A stretch of DNA of 64,000 bases from an uncultured virus (IMG/VR IMGVR_UViG_3300025864_000013) (IMGVR_UViG_3300025864_000013); one strand, 5' to 3'; positions 39,784-48,360 are shown, counted from the stretch's first letter. The notes: a model not told the origin generated them from the letters alone. Translations and numbers: made by a program.

Positions 39784-40128
39784 TTATTTTGTTACTACTT
39801 TGTAAACAATAAAGCCTACCAGCCCTATACCTCCGACAAGAAGGATAATCCCTAATGGACTTGGTAATCCAAAAAGCATTGTGCTCTGAGTTCTCTTCCA
39901 TTGAAGGTATTCAGCGTAGTTCGCATCTCCAGGAGATGGCACGATCGGGTATCTTAGTTCGTTATATAGATTCCCTGCCTTATCCATGTACCCGAATATC
40001 TTATCAGTTACGGCCCATCCACCGCCTGTTGGAGCACTGTCGGCTGCTGCGTTTCGGAAGTTCTTTTCTCTTACTAACGGCTGTTTATACAGCGGGTCAA
40101 ATCTGGTTCCCTGTGTTATTGCTATCAT
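39784..40128 (-). CDS. membrane protein with NFRNAAA motif
   Basis: ATG 40128; C-terminal TM. Confidence 0.65.
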   Translation of the reverse strand: MIAITQGTRFDPLYKQPLVREKNFRNAAADSAPTGGGWAVTDKIFGYMDKAGNLYNELRYPIVPSPGDANYAEYLQWKRTQSTMLFGLPSPLGIILLVGGIGLVGFIVYKVVTK

Positions 40129-40141
40129 GATTTCTGTATTT

Positions 40142-40576
40142 TTATTTTTTCTTATACTTTTTATAAAGGACGATCCCTCCGATAAGAGCGATAACGCCGA
40201 CACCTATTCCTATGTATAAACCCAATTTTGTAGCAGGGGCATTTGCCGGAGGAGTTCCCAGAGGAGTTACTGGAGGAGTAGAACCTAATTTAGGATCAAC
40301 TACTTTTGGCAATATTAATTTATCTGCATCCGTAAGTGATGTTTGTGCAAAACCAGCTTTATCAGCATACGGAGCGGGATCACCAAAAGTTGCATTATCA
40401 AAGGTGATTGTACCCGTTACGTTATTTTTATAAAAAAACTTGCCATTTGCACCATATGCAAGATTGGTAGGAACAGCAAAGTTCATTGTCAGCCCATTAG
40501 CACACAAATAAACATACCCTGCAGGCGCAGTAAGATCGCTGTTAACAGCATTTTTAAACAGACCTTGTTTTGTCAT
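40142..40576 (-). CDS. membrane protein with small lectin-like domain
   Basis: ATG 40576; AYGANG...FDNATFGDP; C-terminal TM. Confidence 0.7.
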   Translation of the reverse strand: MTKQGLFKNAVNSDLTAPAGYVYLCANGLTMNFAVPTNLAYGANGKFFYKNNVTGTITFDNATFGDPAPYADKAGFAQTSLTDADKLILPKVVDPKLGSTPPVTPLGTPPANAPATKLGLYIGIGVGVIALIGGIVLYKKYKKK

Positions 40577-40587
40577 AATTTTACGTT

Positions 40588-41001
40588 TTATTTTTTCTTT
40601 CTTGCCATCCGTATAATTAATGCTGTAATAATTAGTGCTACAGCACCTATCCCGCCATAAAGCAGCCATTTTGTTGTAGCTGACATTCCGCTTGTAGCGG
40701 CCAGCGCATCTGCGGCTATCTTATCAATCTCTACCTGATTAGCTGCTGTAACTTCCGCAAAACCGCCCTTCCTAGCAAATCTTACCGGGTCGCCGAACGT
40801 TGCGTTATCGAAGGTAATTGTGCCTGTTACGTTCTTTTTAAAATAGAACGTACCATTCACTCCGTATGCAAGATTTGTAGGAACGGTGAAGGTTCTTACT
40901 GCGGTATCGTAGCCTACAAATACATAGCCTATGGGTGGAGTAAAGTCTCCTGAAATGCTAGCACTCGGCTGGGCGACTGGATTATATGAAGTTAGTGGCA
41001 T
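40588..41001 (-). CDS. paralog of 40142..40576
   Basis: AYGVNG...FDNATFGDP; C-terminal TM. Confidence 0.7.
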   Translation of the reverse strand: MPLTSYNPVAQPSASISGDFTPPIGYVFVGYDTAVRTFTVPTNLAYGVNGTFYFKKNVTGTITFDNATFGDPVRFARKGGFAEVTAANQVEIDKIAADALAATSGMSATTKWLLYGGIGAVALIITALIIRMARKKK

Positions 41002-41013
41002 AATTTCTATTTT

Positions 41014-41748
41014 TTAAAGAAAGATTAATGATAATATTCCTGCTCCGGCAACTGCTCCGGCGATATAAATAGGCTGCATGCCAGCCTGTGTAGTAGTTAA
41101 TGGCGTAGCTGTAGTCTTTGTTAATCCTCCTGGCGTTAATGTCACAATATTCTGTGATACTGCACCACTAGGTGTGATTAAAGTAGCCTTTAAAGGTATT
41201 GTAATTCCAAGGTTGGCTGCTTGTGTTTGCATTTTCATTAACTCATCTGTTGTGCCGGTTAAAAAAGGCACATCAGGATATAGTTGCTGCTGCACCGCAG
41301 CTGTTTTTAAAGCCTCTCCAAAATCAACTGCTTTTTGTGCATCTAAAATCTTTTGATTATTCAAATTGTCACTGACAGCAATTGCATTTTGTTGTGCAAT
41401 AATATTCATTTGTCGTGCGAAGATGACATCCTGTGCATCAGTAACGCCTGGTCTTAACATTTCCTGTTCTGTCAGATATCCTGCCCATTCAATATCTGTA
41501 ATGCCATATGGCCTTTCGCCGTTTGCTTTTAATGTAAAAGTATTGCCCCAAATTGAAACAAATGATGCAGAAGACGAAGAAAGAAGAGGGTCTATATAAG
41601 TAATTTGTGCAGGTAATGCCTGTGCAATAGTTATTGGCGCGGGTAAAGTATATCCATAAGAACCGCCACCAGAACCTCCTGCTTGCGAATCATCCATTGC
41701 CAACATCAAGTTTCTCCAGCGTGGTTTGTAATTTAATGCTGTTTTCAT
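41014..41748 (-). CDS. membrane protein, paralog of 34854..36419
   Basis: one copy of the repeat domain; shared TTQAGM.P.YI.GA C-terminus. Confidence 0.7.
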   Translation of the reverse strand: MKTALNYKPRWRNLMLAMDDSQAGGSGGGSYGYTLPAPITIAQALPAQITYIDPLLSSSSASFVSIWGNTFTLKANGERPYGITDIEWAGYLTEQEMLRPGVTDAQDVIFARQMNIIAQQNAIAVSDNLNNQKILDAQKAVDFGEALKTAAVQQQLYPDVPFLTGTTDELMKMQTQAANLGITIPLKATLITPSGAVSQNIVTLTPGGLTKTTATPLTTTQAGMQPIYIAGAVAGAGILSLIFL

Positions 41749-41753
41749 AATGA

Positions 41754-41957
41754 TTATTTTTTATTCTTCAACACAACAAAATAGATTCCTGCGAATACTG
41801 CAACTGCAAGTATCGGAATTATATATATCAATGGACTTATAGGATCAGCAGGTTGGTTCAGGAGATTGTTCATGGCGTCAAGCTCCTTTTGCCGTGCACT
41901 CTTCCCGAATGTTTCTCCAAGCCATGTGCCAAACACATTTTTATAACTGCCTTCCAT
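41754..41957 (-). CDS. small membrane protein
   Basis: YKNV motif, C-terminal TM. Confidence 0.65.
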   Translation of the reverse strand: MEGSYKNVFGTWLGETFGKSARQKELDAMNNLLNQPADPISPLIYIIPILAVAVFAGIYFVVLKNKK

Positions 41958-41963
41958 TGTCCT

Positions 41964-42395
41964 TTATTTTTTCTTTTTAACAGCCATATAAATTCCAAGT
42001 CCAACTATGCCGAGCGAAATAACTACAATCGTAACGGTTATAATTGTAGTCTGCTTATTTTGCGCAGACTGCTCCTCGAGTACTACACTTGCAAAGGCTG
42101 TATCTCTGGCAGCATTTGAAGATGCAACACTACCGATTCCTTTAAAGATACCCCCGATCATATCCTCTAACCTGGTTATTGGGTCGATTGCATTTTTATA
42201 ATTCTGTTGCAAAATATAAATATCAACCTCGCTTTTGAAAGCAGGAACGGAACTAAGAAGATCAAGATACGCCTGAATTGCGTCTCCATGTGTCATTCCT
42301 GATAGCGACTTACCCAAATACTTCTCTATCAAAGGGAACAATATATCTTTCCTTTTAACGTAGAACTGAGGGTAATATCCGAACCGGTCGTTCAT
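41964..42395 (-). CDS. membrane protein
   Basis: YKNA motif, C-terminal TM followed by KKKK. Confidence 0.65.
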   Translation of the reverse strand: MNDRFGYYPQFYVKRKDILFPLIEKYLGKSLSGMTHGDAIQAYLDLLSSVPAFKSEVDIYILQQNYKNAIDPITRLEDMIGGIFKGIGSVASSNAARDTAFASVVLEEQSAQNKQTTIITVTIVVISLGIVGLGIYMAVKKKK

Positions 42396-42700
42396 TATTT
42401 CGCAAATTTATCGTACAGGAACTTTATCGCCACGTAAGCACCAATTAACGCTAGTGCCGTCTTAGCGTACTGCCATGTCTGCATATTCTGAACCGAAGAG
42501 TTAACTGTTGTAACCCCTGCGATTGGCTGTGGAATCCCGTCTCCGATTCCGTCTCCGACTCCGGTAGCCATGCAGCAATTACTATAATCCTCACCGCAAG
42601 CGTTCAAAGGAAAATGTCTTTTCTTCTTTGGAGCATTGCCTTTAATGACATTTTGGAAATCATTTTCCAAAATTCTGTCTCTTCCAAATATTTCTGCCAT
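42395..42700 (-). CDS. membrane protein
   Basis: C-terminal TM. Confidence 0.6.
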   Translation of the reverse strand: MAEIFGRDRILENDFQNVIKGNAPKKKRHFPLNACGEDYSNCCMATGVGDGIGDGIPQPIAGVTTVNSSVQNMQTWQYAKTALALIGAYVAIKFLYDKFAK

Positions 42701-42717
42701 GATGCTATATGTTAATG

Positions 42718-42849
42718 TTAATTATTTCCTTTTTTAATATGGGACACAAAGAATATCACTCCAAGAATCATGAGTCCGATAGCAAGCCTTATCCCGTTCC
42801 TTTCGAGCCGTGCCTGCTTTTCATCTTCTATGAGATTCTTGTAGTACAT
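42718..42849 (-). CDS. small membrane protein (not in track)
   Basis: MYYKNLIEDEKQARLERNGIRLAIGLMILGVIFF... Confidence 0.6.
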   Translation of the reverse strand: MYYKNLIEDEKQARLERNGIRLAIGLMILGVIFFVSHIKKGNN

Positions 42850-43293
42850 CTATTCCTTAGTTAATAGTCCCCAGAGTTTATTAGCCAGGTAAAACCCGCC
42901 AATAATAACAAGTAGTGTCTCGATAACTTTTTTATAGTCTATCGTTTTGATTGTTGTGATAACCGATGAAACACTTCCATCGGCATTTTTGAAGTTGATA
43001 GGTACTGTTTGTGATTGCCTTGAAATGTCAGCTATAACATCATATAAGGGATGTACCTTTAATAATGCCACAACAGCTGTCTCTCCTTTTTTCTCAATAA
43101 AATCCTGTGATGCTTCAATAAGTTCCTGATTGTCCTGTGGAGCCAGATAGCCAACATAACCATTTTTGGCCAATGCCTGCATAACGCCATGAGGATTGCT
43201 TATAACAAGAGAATCAAGCCACGTATTGTTCTGCGACTCGATAGACCGTTCTTCTGGAACTTCTGTAAAGTTTGTGTATTCTGGAGGAAACAT
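42850..43293 (-). CDS. membrane protein
   Basis: NFKNADG motif, C-terminal TM. Confidence 0.65.
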   Translation of the reverse strand: MFPPEYTNFTEVPEERSIESQNNTWLDSLVISNPHGVMQALAKNGYVGYLAPQDNQELIEASQDFIEKKGETAVVALLKVHPLYDVIADISRQSQTVPINFKNADGSVSSVITTIKTIDYKKVIETLLVIIGGFYLANKLWGLLTKE

Positions 43294-43324
43294 AGCAATA
43301 GCATTAATTATTTTGAATAATTAT

Positions 43325-43351
43325 AAAAAAGGGTGAGCGAAAACCCACCCT
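43325..43351 (-). terminator. intrinsic terminator after candidate capsid gene
   Basis: agggtgggt-tttc-gctcaccct-TTTTT on the minus strand. Confidence 0.85.
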
Positions 43352-43368
43352 CTTTAATATGCTTTTGA

Positions 43369-44043
43369 CTAAATGCTTCTCTGCATGTCAACCTGGACAA
43401 GTCCAGTAGGAGCCGGGGTATTGCTCTGTGCAACAACCGGAGCGTTACGCAATACGTTTGAAAGCATTGCCTTCTCGACGATTGTAAACGTAAAGGTTAC
43501 AGTCTCATTACCATTTAAGGTAAATGTTATGTAAACAGTAGGTGTTACCAAAAGTTCGAATGACATTGCATCAATCTGAGTTGCGATATACTGCTGATTG
43601 CTACGATAATTGAGGGGCTGGAATAACCTGGTATCTTTCGATCCGGTTGTTCTCTCATCAATTAAAGAAAGCGCGTTACTAAACTGTGCTGAGTTTGTAA
43701 CGGTATACCTCATTCCGAGGATTCTTACCGGCCCTGAAAGAAGACCTGATTTTACCTGAAGGTGTGAAGATTCAGAAACCGATACTGTAATGCTGTTGGC
43801 AGTATTCTGAACGTCTGTAAGGTCTTTGATAGCACCGAACAACATTGCTGTCTTAGCTATGGAAGAAGCATTGACAACGGTGAATGTCCAGGTGCGGTCG
43901 TTAGGGTCGAGTACTTCTGTTGAAGCAGGAACAATTGCTCCGGCTGCGTGACGGAAGTTACGGGGAGCCTGCTGGCCGTCCCAGTTACGGAAATTTGATT
44001 CGGCTTCTCTCTGGAGGCCCTGAATGCGATTGCGATAGTTCAT
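43369..44043 (-). CDS. candidate major capsid protein (single-jelly-roll-like)
   Basis: beta-strand-rich 224-aa protein just downstream of the packaging ATPase, with its own promoter and strong terminator; fold is inferred. Confidence 0.55.
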   Translation of the reverse strand: MNYRNRIQGLQREAESNFRNWDGQQAPRNFRHAAGAIVPASTEVLDPNDRTWTFTVVNASSIAKTAMLFGAIKDLTDVQNTANSITVSVSESSHLQVKSGLLSGPVRILGMRYTVTNSAQFSNALSLIDERTTGSKDTRLFQPLNYRSNQQYIATQIDAMSFELLVTPTVYITFTLNGNETVTFTFTIVEKAMLSNVLRNAPVVAQSNTPAPTGLVQVDMQRSI

Positions 44044-44066
44044 TTTTTTGTTTTGTTAAAATGGGT

Positions 44067-44180
44067 TTAGCTCACTTTTTTTGCGATCATAGGCCCAATC
44101 CATCTCTCATATACTGCAAGAGCTATGATTACAGTTGCGCCTGTGATGATGATCTGTTTGAAATCAATGTTTTTTAACAT
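44067..44180 (-). CDS. small membrane protein (not in track)
   Basis: MLKNIDFKQIIITGATVIIALAVYERWIGPMIAKKVS. Confidence 0.65.
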   Translation of the reverse strand: MLKNIDFKQIIITGATVIIALAVYERWIGPMIAKKVS

Positions 44181-44228
44181 CTCTTTAAGCGTTGTGACAA
44201 ATGCAGTTTACACCCTGACTTGCGAAAT

Positions 44229-44264
44229 CAAAGATAATACCTTATTTATAACGATTCCAAATTA
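44229..44264 (-). promoter_or_regulatory. TAnnTTTG promoter with adjacent operator box
   Basis: TATCTTTG (44236-44229) and ttatttataacgattccaaatta (44242-44264). Confidence 0.6.
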
Positions 44265-44364
44265 GAGATTTGCAGGAAGTGATGAAACAATGTTTGCAGA
44301 AACATTGCAACACACTGATAATGTACTAGAATACGTGAGTTGCAGAAAAGATTATTTACGAAAA

Positions 44365-45219
44365 CTATTCTCTTAGATATTGTTTTGCTTTTCGTTCAGC
44401 AAACCCATTTATTGAGTCTGCGGTTGATTTGTATTTCTTTTGCCCGTTCTCATCAAAGGATTGAGACTCCTTGCTGAGTGCGCTACCATATATGTTAAGA
44501 TAAGACAAGCAACCTTTTTTGAAATCTTCTGGGGTGACATTAATGAGTTTGTTTTTAAGAACATCAACCCATAAGAAGTAATGTTCATCACTAGAATACT
44601 TATACTCAATAACCTGCTCCGCTATTGCAAACAGTTCAAAGTTATCAATGCGATCCTTGTATTTGAAGATAGCATCGCTCTGTTTGTGCCACCGGAGAAA
44701 GTTCATGTTCTGCCAGACACGGGGAGGTATTGCCCGTAAGCTCTGGAAGTGAGCCATCAGGTCAACCCCCAAGTGTCGGAGTCCGATAAACATTCCTACA
44801 AAGTCCTGGTTATAGCTTGACATGGAATATTTATTAATATCCTCAAGTACCAACATGCCATTGCGATAATGCCGAATTATTGAGGTAGCTGTTATCATCA
44901 TTTCTTTTTGGCTCATCGGTTGACGGTCTTTCCGAAATGGTAATATCCGGTATTTCCCTGGTGCGACTATTTTCTTTATTTCCTTACAGCGTAAATTCTC
45001 ATTCGGCTCTGTAACATCAAAGTCGATAGCTTTAAAGCCGTAATATCCATTTGAGTCACAGTATTCATTATTGGTATCAAAGACAAGTACTGGCCGTCCT
45101 TTGCGTCCTGATGGGTCGTTCTTGACATACTGGTTAATAATGTCGTTGGCAGTATAGGTCTTTCCTACTCCCTTAAATCCTATTGCTACCTCTAATGATG
45201 GTTCTCTGAGTCCGGCCAT
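44365..45219 (-). CDS. FtsK/HerA-superfamily genome-packaging ATPase (A32/P9-like)
   Basis: GFKGVGKT, VLVFD, MLVLED, LRH...FQ arginine finger and sensor. Confidence 0.8.
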   Translation of the reverse strand: MAGLREPSLEVAIGFKGVGKTYTANDIINQYVKNDPSGRKGRPVLVFDTNNEYCDSNGYYGFKAIDFDVTEPNENLRCKEIKKIVAPGKYRILPFRKDRQPMSQKEMMITATSIIRHYRNGMLVLEDINKYSMSSYNQDFVGMFIGLRHLGVDLMAHFQSLRAIPPRVWQNMNFLRWHKQSDAIFKYKDRIDNFELFAIAEQVIEYKYSSDEHYFLWVDVLKNKLINVTPEDFKKGCLSYLNIYGSALSKESQSFDENGQKKYKSTADSINGFAERKAKQYLRE

Positions 45220-45221
45220 TA

Positions 45222-46016
45222 TTATTCAATTGTTAATGTCTCTGCCAGTATCGGCAGCTGATCTTTCGGAATAGGAAGCATCCCCGACTCGTTCATCTTA
45301 ATAAGAAAGGCCAGGAGTGTTTCCTTTGAGATATTCAGGATCTTATTATTTTCAACATCAAAATAGACAAAATAGGATAATTGTTTATTCAGCTGGTAGT
45401 AATCCACAAAGTCGGACATCCCTTGTTTGCTATACCGGTCATTTTCCTTCTCCGAATAACTACTGACCTCTTCGTATTGGTCGTTGGCAAATAGCTGTGA
45501 GATCATAAGCCCTATTATCTTTTCTTTATAGAAATCCGCAATACCGGTCTGGAATACCATCATGTTAATGTCCGGGTCGGCATGTATGCGAAGGAAATTA
45601 GCTTTAAGCATTTCATCAGCGGTCATTGAAGCGAATCCCTCCCTGCAAATGAGAATATCAATATCGCTGACCTCTAGCTTATCGCTTTTACATATCAGGT
45701 CAGATATTGAGTCGCTAAGCGTATCGGACTCGACAATCATTAGCCCACTTTTATACTTTTCGAGTAGTGATGTATATACGGTTAAATATCCTTTGTTCTT
45801 AGTGCTTATTGCCATTATCTTAGGCTTGACATAATTCCCGACAAGCTGGTAGTTCATCTTATCCAGTTCCCCGTAAGTCTTTTTCTCCGTTCCTACAATG
45901 GCCATGCGCTTACGAATATCACAATACTGCTGCATCTCTTCAATATTCACTATCGTAGTGTCTATATTCGCTCCGGCAAGCGATACTATAAAATGGTTAT
46001 GCTGCTGCTTTTGCAT
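45222..46016 (-). CDS. degenerate paralog of the packaging ATPase
   Basis: YKSGLMIVES, NFLRIH and YFVYFDVENNKILNIS align to the ATPase; Walker A absent. Confidence 0.6.
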   Translation of the reverse strand: MQKQQHNHFIVSLAGANIDTTIVNIEEMQQYCDIRKRMAIVGTEKKTYGELDKMNYQLVGNYVKPKIMAISTKNKGYLTVYTSLLEKYKSGLMIVESDTLSDSISDLICKSDKLEVSDIDILICREGFASMTADEMLKANFLRIHADPDINMMVFQTGIADFYKEKIIGLMISQLFANDQYEEVSSYSEKENDRYSKQGMSDFVDYYQLNKQLSYFVYFDVENNKILNISKETLLAFLIKMNESGMLPIPKDQLPILAETLTIE

Positions 46017-46752
46017 CTGGTTGAGATTTTAATGGTTCTGCCTGCTGTGTTTGCTGTGGTGCTCTCTGGAATACGGTAGGATTACTCTTTTCAAGTGCCT
46101 GCTTCATATACTCTTCATTTGATTTACGGATCTGATAAGCTCTTACGCCCTGATCTGCTAACAATACCACCGTGGCCATTATAAGCGCTGTCTTCGGATT
46201 GGCAAAAGCAATGTTCTCTGATTCAAGATAATCCTTAAATGCTTTCTTCCACATCTTAATAGCATCATCGGAAATTTTTAACGCCTCTTCGGTATTTTCG
46301 TTTATGTGAGTGAAAGCATCGAGCCAGTTGCTTGTAAGCATCCCGCTTTCAATATTCACAATGACATTCTCAATATCAATCTTAGAATAGCCATATGTGA
46401 GCTTTGGCAGGTACATCTGTATTGCATCACCTACGAAGTTAGCGAACGTCTTTGCACTCGCGGAGGATATATTAAGGCCGTCACTAGCGTCATCAGCGTT
46501 AATATCACCACCACCTTCCGGGATCTCATCAAAAGAAAACTCTTTTGTGTCGTCTGCAGGTATGTTGAATTTCTGCGAAGGCCCCGGCTGTGGATTAGGT
46601 TTTGCCTCTGGCTGTGGAGGAGGGGGATTGCTTTGATACTGACCTGCAGTTTTTTGTTGCGGTTCCGGATCTGTTAGGTTTATTCCCTTTGTATAGTCCC
46701 TCTCGACAACCTGTTGTAAAAGGGGCGACTTGGAAGTGTTTGTCTTTTCCAT
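45997..46752 (-). CDS. Pro/Gln-rich hypothetical protein with hydrophobic segment
   Basis: ORF track; in the packaging operon. Confidence 0.65.
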   Translation of the reverse strand: MEKTNTSKSPLLQQVVERDYTKGINLTDPEPQQKTAGQYQSNPPPPQPEAKPNPQPGPSQKFNIPADDTKEFSFDEIPEGGGDINADDASDGLNISSASAKTFANFVGDAIQMYLPKLTYGYSKIDIENVIVNIESGMLTSNWLDAFTHINENTEEALKISDDAIKMWKKAFKDYLESENIAFANPKTALIMATVVLLADQGVRAYQIRKSNEEYMKQALEKSNPTVFQRAPQQTQQAEPLKSQPDAKAAA

Positions 46753-46754
46753 GA

Positions 46755-47051
46755 TTATTCTGGCATTTTAAGATAAGAATTTTCAACTGGAGGTAAATTC
46801 ATTATGTCTTGTCTAATTTTATCCAAAATAAAATAACGAGCATAATACCTATGTGTCATACAGGTGTAATGAAAATCCATCGCACTCATTGAACCTATTT
46901 CATCTTTCGAAAGTTCCTTGTCACACACAGCGCAAGTATGTTGCCTGCCATAAACAAAATTATCTTGGATTATCTTTACTGTTTCTTTTATCAGATCAAT
47001 ATTTTCTCTATGCTGATCTGCAAACTCCTGTAATGTAATTGGTTTTTCCAT
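46755..47051 (-). CDS. zinc-finger hypothetical protein
   Basis: CAVC...CMTH. Confidence 0.55.
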   Translation of the reverse strand: MEKPITLQEFADQHRENIDLIKETVKIIQDNFVYGRQHTCAVCDKELSKDEIGSMSAMDFHYTCMTHRYYARYFILDKIRQDIMNLPPVENSYLKMPE

Positions 47052-47053
47052 GG

Positions 47054-47476
47054 TTATTCAGCGTTAAATTTTTGAAATACTTTGTTGTACGATTCTGCAA
47101 AGCCACGATTTTTCTTTGGGTCGTTAATCCAGTCCTCCGCGTCTTTAATATAATAAGCTACTGAGCGAAGCGATACATTCCCTAGTAGTTTTGCAATAAC
47201 GGGCTGTGGAAGGTTTATCTTACCGAAAGCAATAAAGGATATTACCCTCTTAGCATCTGTACATTCGGTTATTGACTGTCGGTGCATGTCGGCCAACGTA
47301 ATGTTAAAAGCCTGACAAGATAGTTTTTCGAGCTTCTTAAACTGCCGGAACTTATAAGGGCCTCCCAGGCAATCAAATTCATCAATCCATTCAATAAGCT
47401 GTTCGGCTCCATATTGGATGATGAATTGCTGTATTTTTAATTCGAGTGTTGACTTATTATTACTATTCTCTTCCAT
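47054..47476 (-). CDS. DnaA domain-IV-like HTH protein
   Basis: FNITLADM...DAKRVISFI...IAKLLG.VS.RSVAY. Confidence 0.6.
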   Translation of the reverse strand: MEENSNNKSTLELKIQQFIIQYGAEQLIEWIDEFDCLGGPYKFRQFKKLEKLSCQAFNITLADMHRQSITECTDAKRVISFIAFGKINLPQPVIAKLLGNVSLRSVAYYIKDAEDWINDPKKNRGFAESYNKVFQKFNAE

Positions 47477-47496
47477 ATAGAATGAGGTTAAGAGGA

Positions 47497-47593
47497 AAGG
47501 ACTCGTGCCGTAAAACCTGACCGACAGTCAGGGGTGTAGGCTGACCTGTCTTTAAAAACTAGGCATCGGCATTTTCGAACGGCACTCGTCCTT
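47497..47593 (-). ncRNA. unidentified structured RNA element
   Basis: AAGGAC-GA-GUGCCGU / ACGGCAC-GA-GUCCUU closing stem with internal hairpins. Confidence 0.55.
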
Positions 47594-48296
47594 AGATTTT
47601 ATTACCATCAACACTGATGATTTTATATATTCTGTATAGGTAAATTTTTTGCAGGTAAACGCCTTCAATCTCCATGTCGCTTCCGGTAGGGTTAATGCCA
47701 AAGGCTTTCAGATCCTCATAAGTAAATTCCCTTTTCTTTGCCCCTGATAGTTTGTCGCGCAGCGTTTCTGCTTTCGGTGCGGGTTTTTCGGCTTCAATGC
47801 GAGCTTCAATAAGGCTTATGAGTTCAGGATAATCTTTGTATTTTTCGAGCAGGTCAGAGAGAGAGGCGTATTCCCATGCTTTTATCTCTGCCTGTGCTTC
47901 AGCTGTGAATTGTTCTTGCTGGTTGTCCGTGGTTGCTTTCTGTACTTTGTCGATGCGCTTCTGGATAAAATCAGTAAGTTCCGGCAGGTGTGCAAATTTA
48001 GTTTGTAGGGATATAAGCGTTTCGAGTGTTTCCGCATCAGCTATTTCGTTCTTTGCTTCTGCTACTTCCTTACCGTGCTTAGCTTCTTTAACCTCAATGT
48101 TCTCTTCTTCGGTGAAGGTATGTAATTCATTAAAGGACTTAACAAGCTCATCGTCCCATGTTTTTATTTCTTCGTCCGAAAGCTCATTGTTCTTTACTTT
48201 CGTTTCAAACTCGGTTGCTTTCTGCACAAAGGCAGGATCGAGAACAGGATTATTTAATTTAATTTCCCATTTCTCCATTAATTTTCTGTATTCCAT
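47592..48296 (-). CDS. acidic helical protein (scaffold-like)
   Basis: E/K-rich helical repeats. Confidence 0.6.
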   Translation of the reverse strand: MEYRKLMEKWEIKLNNPVLDPAFVQKATEFETKVKNNELSDEEIKTWDDELVKSFNELHTFTEEENIEVKEAKHGKEVAEAKNEIADAETLETLISLQTKFAHLPELTDFIQKRIDKVQKATTDNQQEQFTAEAQAEIKAWEYASLSDLLEKYKDYPELISLIEARIEAEKPAPKAETLRDKLSGAKKREFTYEDLKAFGINPTGSDMEIEGVYLQKIYLYRIYKIISVDGNKI

Positions 48297-48327
48297 AATA
48301 TTTGGTGTTAAAGGTTTTGAGTAAAAG

Positions 48328-48360
48328 CAAATATATATTATTTATAACGATTCCAAATAA
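48328..48360 (-). promoter_or_regulatory. TAnnTTTG promoter with adjacent operator box
   Basis: TATATTTG (48335-48328) and ttatttataacgattccaaataa (48338-48360). Confidence 0.6.

Noticed and set aside
47560..47592. tRNA or tmRNA T-arm (GTTCGAA)
   Set aside because: No 5-bp T-stem, cloverleaf or CCA end; the sequence is part of a different stem.
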